DNA of 62,943 nt, filler included, from Octopus bimaculoides (lineage: Eukaryota), in assembly GCF_001194135.2 (NCBI RefSeq). It is 6 parts of 5 records of this genome, joined end to end, with 100 filler letters (N's around TTAATTAATTAA, not from the genome) between each part and the next. Parts side by side here need not be neighbours in the genome. Positions count along the whole stretch, not along the records: positions 31,340 to 42,917 come from NC_068986.1; positions 43,018 to 53,326 come from NC_068996.1; 4 more parts are not named here. One strand, 5' to 3'. The notes beneath the pieces are model-generated. The model saw only the letters and a list, made by a program, of their open reading frames with translations. It was not told the origin of the DNA and searched no databases. The position numbers and the translations under genes are program-made. This document shows, one piece after another, positions 37,671 to 52,076 of the stretch. Numbering within the stretch: the stretch's first letter is position 1; the number at the start of each line of letters is the position of its first letter.

Positions 37671-38406
37671 ACCACCGCCACCAAAACCACAACCACCACA
37701 ACCACAACCAGCACCACACATATAAATTCAAAAACACATATACATCACCACTGCAAAATGAAATTTGGTTAAGTAAAGCTGTATTTGCAAATACAACATA
37801 CCGCTTAACAATATAACAAGTGCTTTCATGACCTGTTAGAAATAGCAGTCAAGTCTTCCTCAAATCACCTATCTAGTATCTGAAGTAAAAGAGCGAACGT
37901 TTCACGAATGTTGTCCAAATTACACGATGTCTCAAAGAAATATGGGATGGTCCCGGCTGGAACGTCATCGACCAAAGTTCTTCAGGGGGCAAGGGCTAAT
38001 CTGAGAGTAAACGACAAGAAAGCAACAACAGTCTCGAACAAAATAAATCGCCATGACAACCGCAAGAACTCATGGAATCAAAAAACTTCAGAAATCAGTA
38101 ATGAATAATGCGAAACAACAACGGCGACGTCGACGACGGCGACGACGACAACGACAGCAGCAGCAGCAGCAGCAGCTGCATCAACAGCAGCAGCAACTAC
38201 AGGAACAACAGCAATGGGATACAAGTGTTCTACGTCATACGCCAAATGTTCTTGACAGGAAGTCACGTGTGTTGGCATTGTTCCTGTCTTTCTGTTCCGC
38301 TGTATTTACGCTGGGAAATAAGAAGAAAAAGAAAAAAAGAAATCAATTGAAAAATAGAAGTACATCATTTGAAGGAGAGAAAACTTAAGAGAAGAAACAA
38401 ACAAAC

Positions 38407-38477
<71 letters not shown>

Positions 38478-38504
38478 AGGAAGGAAGGAAGGAAGGAAGG
38501 AGGA

Positions 38505-38540
<36 letters not shown>

Positions 38541-38720
38541 AAAAATAGGAAAAACGAAGGAAAAGAATGTGAGAAACAAAAACAGAAAGGAAAATGTGAG
38601 AAACAAAAACAGAAAGGAAAAGAATGAAATAAAGAAACAAACAAAAGAAAAAAAGAAAGAAAGAAAGGAAGGAAGGAAGGAAGGAAGAAAGAAAGAAAGA
38701 AAGAAAGAAAATTAGAATGA
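38407..38720. repeat. (AAAG)n/(AAGG)n compound microsatellite
   Basis: Directly visible. Confidence 0.95.
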
Positions 38721-40089
38721 AAGAAAATGAATGAATGAGTAAGTGAGTGAGTGAGTGAGTGAGTGATAGAATGTGAGAAAGATAGACCGAACGAAACGTA
38801 TAGGGAAAGAAGGAATGGAAAGAGCGAAAGAAGAAAGAAAGAGAGAAATAAATGAAGAAATTAAAATAGAAAGAAAATCGGAAGAAAGAAAAAAGGAAGA
38901 TAACAATGAAAGAAACTGATGAATAAAAGAGGGAACGAAAGAAAAAAGAAGAAAGAAAATAGGGAATGATTGAAGCGAGAAAAGAAGAGTGACAAAGAGG
39001 CTGAAAGGCTAAACGATAGATTGGACATAGATTGGAAGGAGGCTAAGCATGCGCTGTTTGGCTGCCGTTGCTTTTGTTGCTGATGTTGTTAGTGGTGTCG
39101 TTGCTGTTGTTGTTGTTGGTGGTGGTAGTGGTGGTGGTGGTTGTGGTTTTGGTGATGATGATGATGCTTTTCTTCTTTTCATCTCCTTCTTTTCATCTCG
39201 TCCTCCTACTCCTATTCTCAAAGTTCTCCTCCTCTTTTTTCTCGTTCTTCTTTTTCTTCTCGTTGTCCTCCTCCTCTGCGTTCTGGCTTTTCTTCTTCTT
39301 CTTCTTCTTCTTCTTCTTCTTCTTCTTCTTCTTCTTCTTCTTCTTCTTCTTCTTCTTTTCGTTCTCCTCCTCGGCGTTCCTCTTCTCGTTCTCCTCTGTG
39401 TTTTTCTTCTTTTTCTTCTTTTCGTTCTCCTCCTCATTGGATAATGTTTTCCCTTACATCTCAAAAGCAGACGAGACGATCATGGATGGAACGTCTTGGC
39501 GGGTAATTTCATCGATCAACCAGATTGGAGCTAAACAACAATAACGAGGCCAACAAGCAAAAACACTTCATCAGAACACAATTAATATTACTTTGCTTAC
39601 CACGACATGTTTTCGAGTGTTATGTTTTTAAATGCCTAAAAGTGATACGTTAGCAACCTTAAAACTACGGAACAAAATCGTTAAAATAATAAAGCACTTC
39701 CAAATGTTACGCTTTTAACAGCCTTGAAACTATGGAAGGAAACAAAAGTAACTAAAATCGTTATGATGAAACGATTTCAAATGTTACTAGCAGTGCTCGT
39801 GGAAATTCGTCAATCCATTATGTGGTGTAGTGTTAGCTATAGATATCTCGGTTATAATATTTTGCCATTTCCTTTATTATCCTTGGATTAATTTCTAGTT
39901 AAAATCTTGTCAATTATCTTTCGCCATCTTTTCTCTTCTGACCTGTTTTCTTATTCTGGTTTGTACCAAATATTTTTACCCATCGTCGTCATTCATATTT
40001 TGCCTTCTTCATTAACAGTTCCCATTCTGGCGCATTTAGCTTTAGCTTTGGTGTTCATCATACGAGAACTTCTAGCTCTATTAAATAAA

Positions 40090-40340
40090 TAACTGCGCCC
40101 TTTTAAAGCCTAGCCAGGCTTATGGGGCCGGTTTCCCGGTTTCAATGGCGTATGTGTTACCCAGCTGGACGAGACGCCAGTCCATCGCAGCGTTACTCAT
40201 TTTTGCCAGCTGAGTGGACTGGAGCAACGTGAAATGAAATGTTTTGCTCAAGAACACAACGCGTCGCCCGGTCCAGGAATCGATACTACAATCTTACGAT
40301 CATGGTGCTGACACCCTAACCACTAGGTCACGCCCCTCCA
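40090..40340 (-). mobile_element. Third tRNA-derived SINE family
   Basis: Minus-strand A/B-box head (tagtggttagggtgtcagcaccatgatcgtaagattgtagtatcgattcctggacc) plus unrelated body. Confidence 0.7.
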
Positions 40341-41680
40341 CTCTAGCTCTATTACTAGCATTAATTTCATTCCTCTCTTCCTGAGTTAATACTTCTCTTC
40401 GTTACTGATTTTCTTCTCTTTATTCCTAATTCTTATCTCTTCTGTTTACCCTTTCTCAGTCTTTTACTACATCTTCTCTGCTTCTTTCGATTCAATTCTT
40501 GCAGTCGTGCTTTACGACCATCGTCAGGTAAATAGGGAAAGAGAAAGTGAAAGTCAAACAAATGCTACTGGCACGTGCACTCTCATACACACATGGGCAC
40601 ACGCACACACATACAAATGCTATTGGCCTGCGCACATATGCACAAAATCCCCGTCATTCTCTCGCACATATATACACAGTATGCAAGTGTTTGTGTACCA
40701 ATAACGTCCAGATATGTATGACTGTGTATGTGTGCATATGCCAGTAGAAATCGCCTTCTTTCTCTCTCCTTTCTTTCTCTTCTCTCTCTTTCTCTCTCTT
40801 CTCATTGTACACACACTTTTACCATCCCCTTTCCATAGCGTGATGTATTTTTACACCACAGGAATCTATCGTTAGCACTTCAATATAATAAATTCTTTTA
40901 ATTAGCCTTTGAAACATGGGAATGAAATCGGAAATATAACTGGTCTGTAACATGATGATGAAACAATATTATGAGACCATTTTAAATTTATGCGTCAAAA
41001 CAGATATACAAATATTTATAAGACATGGAATTTCTACATGCGCTGATCTCGTATATTAACACCACTAATACTACTACCACCACTGATTCTACTACCACCG
41101 CTACAACCTCAGCTAGTACTACTATGCTATATTACTATAACAATACCATTTTTAATGTCACGCCGTATCACGCCTTAGGACAAAGACATAGAGATTATCA
41201 TCAAACCACAGCACTCACCCTACGGGCTGTAATTTATTTAGAAAACCTTGTTATCGTTACGAAATTTCACTGACATAAATAATGTTTTATTTTTGTCACG
41301 AAGAAAGAGACTATTGTAAAGATACAACCACTGTCTGCGAAGATTAAATAAGGCAACACAGTGTCTTCGATAATTCTTATACATACATATACAGAGATAG
41401 ATTTAGATACACCAACACACACACACACACGCGCGCGCGCGCGCGCGCGCGCGCGCGCGTACAAAGAAACAAATGCATTTCTCTATGTGTTTCTATGTGA
41501 TATATATATATATATATATTCAATATAATGGTTTTTATATATATATATAAATGCGTGTGATCCCATGTTTGGTATCTCAGTTTATAAGTGTGTGTGATAC
41601 CACAATAAACGATATGAAAGCACAATAACAAAAATATCAAGAGTGACATCAACAATAACAACAAACGTAATAACAAAACA

Positions 41681-41843
41681 AAGAAGAAGAAGAAGAAGAA
41701 GAAGAAGAAGAAGAAGAAGAAGAAGAAGAAGAAGAAGAAGAAGAAGAAGAAGAAGAAGAAGAAGAAGAAGAAGAAGAAGAAGAAGAAGAAGAAGAAGAAG
41801 AAGAAGAAGAAGAAGAAGAAGAAGAAGAAGAAGAAGAAGAAGA
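41681..41843. repeat. (AAG)n microsatellite
   Basis: Directly visible; source of poly-R/F/L ORFs. Confidence 0.98.
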
Positions 41844-42632
41844 AAACTAATAACAACAACGCCAACAAAAACAACAACAATAATAATAATAATATCGTGA
41901 TTTTCAGCATTTAAATGATAATGACATAATAATTTAAAATATAACATTTACATAATAATGACAAAACAATAACATAACGACAAAAATAATTATTATTATT
42001 AGCGTTATTATTTATAGCTTAAAAAATGTACCAAGATTTCCCTTTCTTGGAATATATTATTATTGTTGTTGTGGCTGTTGTTGTTTTTGTTGTTGTTGCT
42101 GATGATGATGATGTTGCTGCTGTTGTTGTTGTCGTCGTCATCGTGTTCTTTATCATTGCAACTACATGAACACAGCAGCACCAAGAAAAGCAAGAAAAGT
42201 GACGCTTATAAATAAAAAAACAAAGCAGTAATCGAAAAATAATCATGATATTTAGATATAAATATAATTAATTACATACACATATTAATACATACGCGCA
42301 TACATACATACATACACGTACACACATATATTCCTACATATATATATATGTGCGCATATATATATATGTGCATATATATATATAGATATAGAGATATATA
42401 CATATATATATATATAGATATAGAGATATATACATATATATATATATATGTGTGTGTGTGTATATGTATGTGTGTATTTATATGAATATATTCACGTGCT
42501 TAAACATATATATATATTTATATATATAGACACATACATACATACATACAAACATATATACATATATATATATGCATACACACAGACACAGACACATATA
42601 TATGTATGTATGCATGTATGTATATATGTGTG

Positions 42633-42671
<39 letters not shown>

Positions 42672-43269
42672 TTAGGGAAAATAACCAATTTTCAAGAACT
42701 CATCGATGAAAATCCACTATCACATATAGAAAAATTAATAATTAAAAGCACAATAAATGTGTATAATATAAAGTAAAGTAAATATCATAAGATAAATATA
42801 AATACTATATTATTATTATATTTATTATATTATATTTATCTTATGATATTTACTTTACTTTATATTATACTCATTTATTGTGCTTTTAATTATTAATTTT
42901 TCTATATGTAATAGTGGNNNNNNNNNNNNNNNNNNNNNNNNNNNNNNNNNNNNNNNNNNNNTTAATTAATTAANNNNNNNNNNNNNNNNNNNNNNNNNNN
43001 NNNNNNNNNNNNNNNNNGGCTGACGATATGTGCATCTCTGATCACGAGCAGAAGTAGTGGGGGAGCATCATAGCCATGTGTCGAGAGGAATTCTTTGGGG
43101 TTTGAATAATTCGCCTTTAGAAACATGGGTGTCTTGCTCAACATCCTTAAACAAACCTTATTCAGGGACCTTTTGAGCGGGATGGGCTACTCGACCTGAA
43201 GAAAACTCTAACTGGGCCCCACCTGCGTGGTCATGCGCTGTTTATCTTGATATGAGATCACCATGTCGC

Positions 43270-44194
43270 TATTATTAGAAGTAAGAAGGTCAGGCTTGTG
43301 TAGGATGAAAGATTGCAAAGATAAAGCACTATACAAGAAATTGAAAACGAATGAAACTGAAAATAGGAGGGTAAAGAAAAGAATGCATTGTCAATTTCAT
43401 AGGGATGTTGAAGATAAAACAGACAGAGAAAGAATATGGCTGTAGATGACTAAAAGTGATTTAAAACCGGAAACGGAGGCTCTAATCTGTGCTGCCCAAG
43501 ATCAAGCACTAAGAACAAACTACATAAAATACAGAATAGACAACACAGCAGAAAGTGATAACTGCAGAATCTGTGGACAAAACGGTGCAACCGTATGGCA
43601 TACTACCAGCCAATGTACGCCACGATCCCAGAAGGACTATCAAGAGACGCCACGACAATATAGCCAGGCTTGTCCATTGGACACTTTGCCACAAGTATGA
43701 ACTTGACAGAGCAAAAAATTGGTACGACCACAAACCTGAAGGCATCGTCGAAAATAGAAATGCAAAGATCCTATGAGATTTTATGATTCAGTGCGACCAT
43801 GAGATAGAGAATAGGAAGCTGGACATAGTCTTAATTGGGAAAGAAAACAAACTATGCTGGATCATATATATAGCATTCCCAGCTGACAACAAGGTATGCG
43901 ATAAGAAAGAAAGGAAAGTCAAGAGATATGACAGGTTAGCTTGGGAAGTTAAACAGTTGTGGTCGATGATAAATGTGGTATTAGTACCAATCACCTTCGG
44001 AGCCCTGTGAACAGTGATTAAAAATCTTGAGAAGTACATAAAACAAATAGGGGATGCAATAAGGGTGGGGCACTGCTTGGAACCGCTCGAATACTCCGGA
44101 AGGTGCTCGAAAAATAAGAGGTGTTACCTGAGTTCACTGGTAGTGAAAAGCTGACACTGTAATATATCTCCAGCGTTAGAAGCTGAGCAAAGGC
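43270..44194 (+). mobile_element. 3' part of an R4/Dong-clade non-LTR retrotransposon (CCHC knuckle plus restriction-like endonuclease), followed by (AAT)n
   Basis: LKPETEALICAAQDQALRTNY, CRICGQ...VWHTTSQC, RRHDNIARLVHW, RKLDIVLI, KVKRYDRL motifs. Confidence 0.88.
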
Positions 44195-44400
<206 letters not shown>

Positions 44401-44719
44401 CCCTTTCTACTAACGGCAGACGAAATGCCGCTTGGCATTCTGCCCGGCATGTTAATGATTCTGCTACTTTGCTGGTTCTAGATAACGGTTTCAAATTTTT
44501 CCACAAGATCAGCCATTTTGGAAGAGGGGATGAGTCGATTATATCGATCCCAGTGTTTATCAATCCGAAAGGATGAAAGGTAAAGTCAACCTCGGCGGAA
44601 CTGGAATTCTGCTAAGCATTTTGTCCGGCAATAATTATAATTGGCAAAATATGACCATTCCCAAGTATAACAACAATAATAATAATGATAATGATTATCT
44701 TTCCTTAAATGTCATAAGG

Positions 44720-47700
44720 GTCGAATACAAACCAAAAAGGAACAATGCGATACAAGGGGTAATTGGCACAAAAATTCATGAAAAAAAAACAAACAGACAA
44801 GAACACTTAATGACAAAAATTCAACAATAAAATCCCCTAAAAGGGTGAGTTCCACCTAGAACAACCAAGGAACCCGACTAATCCTCCCCGACCGCCAGGA
44901 CACCTCAGTTGGTGCCTCTCTCCTTTTCAGCTCCTCCGGTTTACAATTCATAAGGGCCATCCTCGCCATATTCATCTACCTTTCAATAAAAATACTGGTG
45001 GAACTTGAAAAAGTCAATGAGTGATTGGCCGAAGAGAAAAGTATCTGTCTTCAGTCCTTTCAACGTGGTCCACCAGACAACCTTTTTCCTCATGACCACC
45101 AGACAGAGGAAAACTGCTTTCCCTTCTCAGCCAAAACAAGGTAGTGGGACAATCTTTACGATGAACTCGGCTAATAATGTGATCTGTCCTACACGCTTCA
45201 ACAGCTGTTCAACAAAGCTCCACAAGTCAGTAATGCACAGATACTGGATGAGTGTATGCAAGATCGTTTCGTCGCTCTGAGCACACCTCGGACAGGTTCG
45301 TTTGGCAGCACTTACGTGTCTGTAGAGTTTGTCTCGAACTGACAGAGCTTTTTGGTTAGGGATTTCTGGAAATTATCCATAGGTCCCGGCGCAAAAGTCC
45401 TCTGGAAAAGACCAGCTAATTGATCCCTCTCGACGCCTAGATTTCTCCCGAGGACTTTGTCGCTTTTACCTGCCACTAATCTCCTAAAGAGCTCCAGTGT
45501 GGAATTTCCACTGATCACATTTCCAGACTGGTAGAGGACTGTGAGCACTTGCCGACTTTCCAGGTGCCAAGCGCCCATTCTCAGTCTACGCTTGATTTAA
45601 GACTGTAACTCCCTCAATGAAACGAGCTGAGGAAAATGCTGTCTGATAAACGGTGAGTAAACCTACTTACCCTTAAGGCAACACTGCGATGTTACAGTAT
45701 CAGTGCATGTCTGCGCATCATTAGCCACTGCATACCCAGTTCGCCACTCAGCGATTGCTGACAGAAGATGGACCGTCTGACGAGTGGAAAACGTACCTTC
45801 CACAGAAAACGAAAGCGCAAGTGCTCCAGCCACGAAACAGGGCAAGGGACAACGATCAGGTGGTAGTAGATGGTGGAAGCGATGTACGCATTTGCCATCT
45901 TCTGCTGACCTTTCAGGGACAACTTCTCTGCTTATTTCCGCGTGGGTCTGGCCGCCCTGCTTGTCACTTTCCACTAGCCCCTGTGTACTTGGAAGTCCGG
46001 ACCAAGCCAGACTCTGCGTAGTGTAACCAGTTTTTCCGTACTCCTCCTTACGACGCAGTTTGTTGGCATGGACCTGCCTCTCCAGGTGTCGAGCTGCAGG
46101 TCCACCAACTTGCCTCAATTAATCTTTACTCCTGTCACCACTTCGAACTCCTTTAAGATAGTGAGGATCACCTCAATTTCCGAGGATCACACTATTATAG
46201 TGACGTCATTGGCATAAGCCGACACATCTTCCACATCCTAGTTCACTTGGGATGCTTCTCAAAACATTCAACTTTCTTAGTAATGAATGGCTCGAGAGCC
46301 AGCTCATACACTTTAGGCGAAAGTAGGGATCCTTGACAGACCGAACGTGTGATGATAAACGATTCCGATTAATGGCCATTTACTTTAACCACCCTAAAGA
46401 TTTCACTGAACATCACAGCAATCCAGCCTCTGAAAACGGGACCGAAACCAGCCGCCTCGAGTACAGCCTCCAAGTATTAATGGTCGACTCTATCAAAAGC
46501 TTTTGATTGATCCAAGTTGATCCATACTAGGTTCCTTACTCATCCTCTCTATGATGCAACGCGAGAGGTGGAGGTTGTCGTGGATAGATCTGTTCGGGAT
46601 AACGCATGTTTGTGCGTCACTGACCAGCTTATCAACTACAAGCACTAACCTCTTGGTTAACACTTTGGTCAAAAATTTTGTCGTCGGCGTTCAGTAGAGT
46701 TATGGGGCTAAAATTGTCTATTTGGTCTCCATTGTTCGGGTCCTTTCTCAGAAGCATCACCACGCCACAACTCACAACACTGGGTATTCTCCTGGTCTGC
46801 TGCCATTTGTGGTAGAAATCCACCAAGAGATCACTGGACTATTCTGCATATGGAGAAAAAGCTCGAAGGGCAGGCGATCCAACCCCAGAGACTTCTCTGC
46901 GTTGTTATAGCCCGTATGTCGTCAGCTGTTATCATCATTTCGCAGAACTCCGCATCCATGACCGAGAGGTGCAGCATACTGCCATGGTAGGAGGTGAATC
47001 CCATCCCGTCTCCGATTCATTGCATATTTCATTTAGGTCGGCAAAGTGCCAGTGGAATTCCGCACATATCACATTGAATTCGAATAGCACGAGCCCGTGC
47101 CGTCCTGCCAAAGACCGACTTGTGGATTTGTTTCCACGTTGCACCTCTTCTACCCGGGCCCATCGAACGGTTTTTAACCCCTCGTGTCTTAGCGCATGCG
47201 GAATGTAACCTTCGTGCTGAACTCTGAAGAATTGATCAAGTGCCAATATTGTCGCCAGCACGTCGGTCGCTATGTCACTTCTAAGCGCCTCTTCTGGCTT
47301 CTAAGTTGTGTGTCCCTTTATCTTAGATTCCTCTAACACTATTTCTTTACTAAACCCTACCGCCTCTACTCTAATAGCCCTTTTCAGGGCTATCCCCCAT
47401 CGGTTGCTGACGATTGCACCCGATAGCGTCCGATGGATAAACTTGCTAACCCGGTCTCTGAGTATTTGACACGCTGGAAAAAGGCATACAGCTTCCAGTA
47501 TTCGGGCCCTTGCCTGTGGATTCTATTTATGGCGATCATACAAGTCATAAATTCGTGGTCGGTTTAACCAACAACTTTGAATTGTAGACAACTTTTATCT
47601 GCAGGCTTACATAATACTCTATATAAATATAATCTAGAAGACCCGATGCTGTTTGCTCACGTCCACATTGAAACATTCGGGAAATCCAGTTGCTATCTGT

Positions 47701-48165
47701 CAGCCAACTGGAAGCGACTGAACACGTTTATGAGGCTTCTACACTCCACTCTTTTATCGACTGGCTTTATCCTATCTAGGTATGCGTCCAAGATAGCATT
47801 CCAATCATCCACTAGCACTAAAGGGCGAGATGTCTTAAGGAAAACTTCCAAAATTCTGAAGAAATCTGGCTTCTCCGCCTCAGTCGAAACATACTCAGTG
47901 ACTAGTCCAAAAGTAGATCCTTCGTTATTGCTCACATCAAGGACCATCAACTTACCATCCTGATCCAAAAAGATCGTCCATATCTCGAGATCCAGGCCTT
48001 TTCTAAACAACATTGCCATCCCGCTATCTATTCTAGGCCGACAAAGTGCATAGATCTCAAAATCATCGAAAATGTGATCATGTGTGCTGGAAATTCTGGT
48101 TCCTTGTCTTCTACAATGATTCAGTGTGACCATCAGATCACAAATCGGAAACCTGTCACTGTTTT
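44720..48165 (-). mobile_element. Degenerate Tx1/L1-clade LINE ORF2 (APE plus RT)
   Basis: EN 48133-47693 (DWNAILD), NFSPITLLNADDKI, KAFDRVD, CQGSLLSP, AYANDVT; frameshifted. Confidence 0.88.
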
Positions 48166-48179
48166 GGTGAACTAAGAAA

Positions 48180-48570
48180 ATTGAACTTGCATGATAATCG
48201 ATAGATATGTCCCGGTGACAAACGGATCAAAGAGAGAGAAGATACAACGAACATCTACGACAAATTGAAGTGGAAAATACGCAGGTTGTGTGCAATGAAG
48301 AGAGCGGACGTGACACCAGAAGTGATCGGCGTGCTTGGAAGTATCAGTACTCAACTAGCAACGTAGCCCCAAAAAGTTGAAACGAATGTAAAGGTAGAAC
48401 ACTTACAAAAATCGTTATTGCTTGGAATTGCAAGAGTTCTCCGTAGGGTTCCAAGCATGATCAGTAAACAAGTATCACCTTAGTCTGCTGACTGTGGACA
48501 GTTGACACTTTCCATTATACCTAGCAAAATAAACTGAGAGTTTTCATTAAATAATATTAATAATAATAAT
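48180..48570 (+). mobile_element. Short 3' fragment of an R4/Dong element with (AAT)n tail
   Basis: YDKLKWKIRRL...PEVIGVLG...HLQKSLLLGIARVLRRV; ends aataataataat. Confidence 0.7.
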
Positions 48571-49789
48571 AACTAGCTGGACTCGTGAAAAATTCATGGA
48601 AAACATTAAAAAATGTAAGCATCTGTAAACAGTGTACTGGTGCCATGAGAAATGCTTGTATATTATGACCGTCTCTCTTCATGTTCTGAGTTCAAATTCT
48701 GCCGGGATTGACTTTGCCTTTCGTCCTTTCGGGGTTGATAAATTAAGTACCAGTTGAGTACTAGGGTCGATCTAATCAACTGGCCCCTCCCCACAAAAAC
48801 TCAGGCCTAGAAAAGTATATTGTAACAGTTACAGAATATAGAAAGTAATGTAACACCAATGACTATATAATCCAACCAAAATATCTCAGTTACACAAACG
48901 TAAACGGAATTACTATTTGACCTTTAGATACAAAGCACATATTCAAAGAAACTTAATGTACAAATTGAAATGCAAAAGAACGAAATCATAAATGGATTTA
49001 TGAATAAAAGTTTGATAATTGCGTTTATTTCCACCACGTGTCACTTATTGCAAACATGCTTTAACTAACCTATACTATACACGCACACAAATACATTCAT
49101 ATATATATATGTCTCGAGTTGTAGCTGCGATTCAAAGGGGCCAGTCTTGTCATATTCTGTGAGGCTGAGTCTTCCTGAGAACTACGTTAATGTTATGTAT
49201 ATCTGTGGAGTACTCAGCCATTTGTGAGTTAATTTTATCCTCGTGTAGTAATGAAAAGTGAAATTGACAGCCAGTATTTGCTTTCTTTCTCTTTCACTTC
49301 CTTTGCGCTCCCCTTCTCTCCCGCTTTTTATTTAACAACGTGTACATGTATCTACTTCTCTTGCGATGTGATAAACATTCAAAAACACAAAACGAACGCC
49401 GTCACCTCTCACTGTTTCTTTCACTCTCTTTCTCTCTCACTCTCTCCCTTTCTCTCTCACTCTCCCTTTCTCTCTCACTCTCCCTTTCTCTCTCACTCTC
49501 CTTTTCTCTCTCTCTCTCTCTCTCTCTTGCTTTCTCTCTGTCCTCCTCTCTCTCGCTTTGCCACTTCTTTGAAGTAAGTGTGACGCACACAACAGGTACG
49601 TGCAAAAACAAAAGGTTAGCGTGTTATTATTGACGATGATAATGTAATTTTCCTGCCTATAGACGCATACTCAGAGCAAACTTATTAATTCAGTCAATGT
49701 TCGTCACTTTCTCTCTCGCCTTTCAACAATTCCCTCTCTATTCTCGTCTTCCTTTCTATGTGAAACTTTAAAATTTGTAAAAGTTGATG

Positions 49790-50690
49790 AGGGATTGGCC
49801 CAAGAGGAATGTATCTATCTTCAGGCTTTTCAAGCTTTCCACTTCTGAGCAGCAACTAGACAAATTAAAACTATTTGCCATTCCCGGTTTAAAATGTCGA
49901 CAAGATAACACTCACAATGGACTCAACCGATTACCGGATCCATTCTGTATGCAAACAACTGTTAGAAAAAAAAAATTATTTGTCACAGCAATGTTCGGAC
50001 GTATCGTATGAGGCGAAGGATGACACAAGTTGTACCTGGGATGACACAAGTTTGTACTTCCTCAACTACACTACCAGCGACCAGCCTCAATTTTTTGGCA
50101 GGTAGCTTTACCAAAATTTTTAGCCTATACTGAACAGAGTTATTGTCCTGAAATGTTCAGTCATGTCACCTTTACTTGCGTCCTTCCTCATCAGCGTCAT
50201 CACTCCTTGACTAACTCGATTGAGAATACTCCTAGTTTGTTGCCAGATGCAGTAAATTGTTGTTAAAATAGGAGCAAATAAGTCTGATGTATCGACATAG
50301 AGCTCGAAGAATGGACTATCCAATCATGGCGACCTGCGCCTCGCACAAAGGCTTAACATATCCATCACCTGATTTGCTGAGATTGCTTTCCCGAAGCACC
50401 CTCTCTGCTTGATAATTGCACCAAACTATAGAAATAGACATCAAAGTCCTCTGCTTTCAGTCTGCCGCTTATCGGAAGCAATTTGGCAAAATACTGCTGA
50501 ATACCGCAGTCATGCTTTTGGAATCGGAGAGCATGCGTCTGTCGTAACCATAGCTTTGTCACTACGTTTCCACCAGTCAGACCCATCGAACAGCTTTCAT
50601 ACCCTCCTGTTTCAGCGTACGCACCTTAACATGGACAATGCATGCTTAATGTTTCAGGTCGTAGAAATAATCAAATGTCATTCTCAACGT
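49790..50690 (-). mobile_element. Second, internally deleted Tx1/L1-like LINE copy
   Basis: 49790-49830 resembles 45015-45060; SPFFELY...QGVMTLMRKD..KGD...FRTITL RT remnant. Confidence 0.75.
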
Positions 50691-51748
50691 TAGTATGCCG
50701 TTTGCGATGCTACTTCTATGGACCTCTCCTAAACGATTAAATAAATTTTCTGTACTCTGTTATTCTTTTGCTAAATCTAACCAATGCTATTCTAATTTTT
50801 CTCTTTAACTCGACTCACTAATGCATGTTGTTGAAAATGGTGTTCGTCAACTTCTACTTAATTAGTTCGATAATCCAGTCTTTGTTAAATTAAAAGTTAT
50901 TTCTGTTTTTGTACTTCTTGCTGTATCTCCCACTGTTGCTTGTGATTGATGTTATAGATCCTATTCTTAGTATTTACGTCCTTTTTCTTGCTGTTTCTCT
51001 TGCTGGCTTGTCTCTTATTGTCGATGTTCTTGGTGTAGTTTCATTTTCTGATGCTGTTATCGTTGTTGCTGTTGTTGTTGAAGTGGTAGTTATGGTTGTG
51101 GTGATGGTGGTGTTTATTGTTTGACTTAGAACCACAGACATTTCTGAATATTTTCTTTTGGTTGAGTGGAGTGTTTCAACCAGCATGAGAATTTTTGGTA
51201 TACTAACATATGACATTTCATTCCTAATATTGAGTTCTATATAGGATAATATTTGCATTTATCTATCTAACTAACTATCTATTTGTCTGTCGGTCTATGA
51301 ATCCGTCTGTCCGTCCGTCTGTCTATTTAGCTTTCTGTCCGTCTATCAGTCTGTCTACATGTGTGTTTTTGATCATAGTTGTTCATAAGTGAAGGCCTGC
51401 AGGTAAACAACAACATACTCAGTCATTTTGGACTCACATGGTTATCGGCTTTGACACTGTTCCTTCCACTAACCTCAAATATTATTCTCTAAAGTGAGAT
51501 TCTATCGTTGCCTTACTCTTCAATTTTCAATCTGCAGAAACATATCAAAGTTTTTAAAAACCTGCGACAGCCTATCCCTTGCTCACAAACAGCAATTTCT
51601 TTATACCGGGTAGCTTTCGTTACACTAGCTCAACCAGCTGTTTTCTCCTTTTGTAATCATCATTAACCAGCAATAACTCATATTTGAGAAATTCAGCCGA
51701 AGTAAAACTGGTGCACATGACAATATCTGGAATAGGAATCTTCTAGCT

Positions 51749-52076
51749 CAGGGTTTCTCAACCATTTTCATTTATGGACCCCCTTTGATTACTATTTTAT
51801 TCTGGTGGACCTCCGTAACCATTTGATGTTTAAAAACTAATCCTATAAAATGTTATGGTTTCGCACATTAATTTATGCAGGTTGAACTATGTAAAATGTT
51901 AGAGAAAGAAACCTAGCTGTTTTTTTGCAAAACAATACATTCAGCTAAAGCAAATTATTTTCAGAGGCCTTTAAAATAGTATTGTGGATCCCCAATTTAG
52001 TATTTTGTTGTGTGAACCCCCTAAAATCTAATGTGGACCCTTAGGGGCCATATGGATCCCGGATGAGAACCATTGT
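51749..52076. mobile_element. Possible hAT-type MITE
   Basis: Termini cagggtttctcaacc / gagaaccattg with subterminal tggacccc repeats. Confidence 0.45.

Noticed and set aside
38255-38275. GGAAGTCACGTG (ETS plus E-box) promoter-like motif near a CAG run
   Set aside because: A single short motif with no gene start or CpG-island context that I can support; the poly-Q ORF 38053-38388 is microsatellite-derived.
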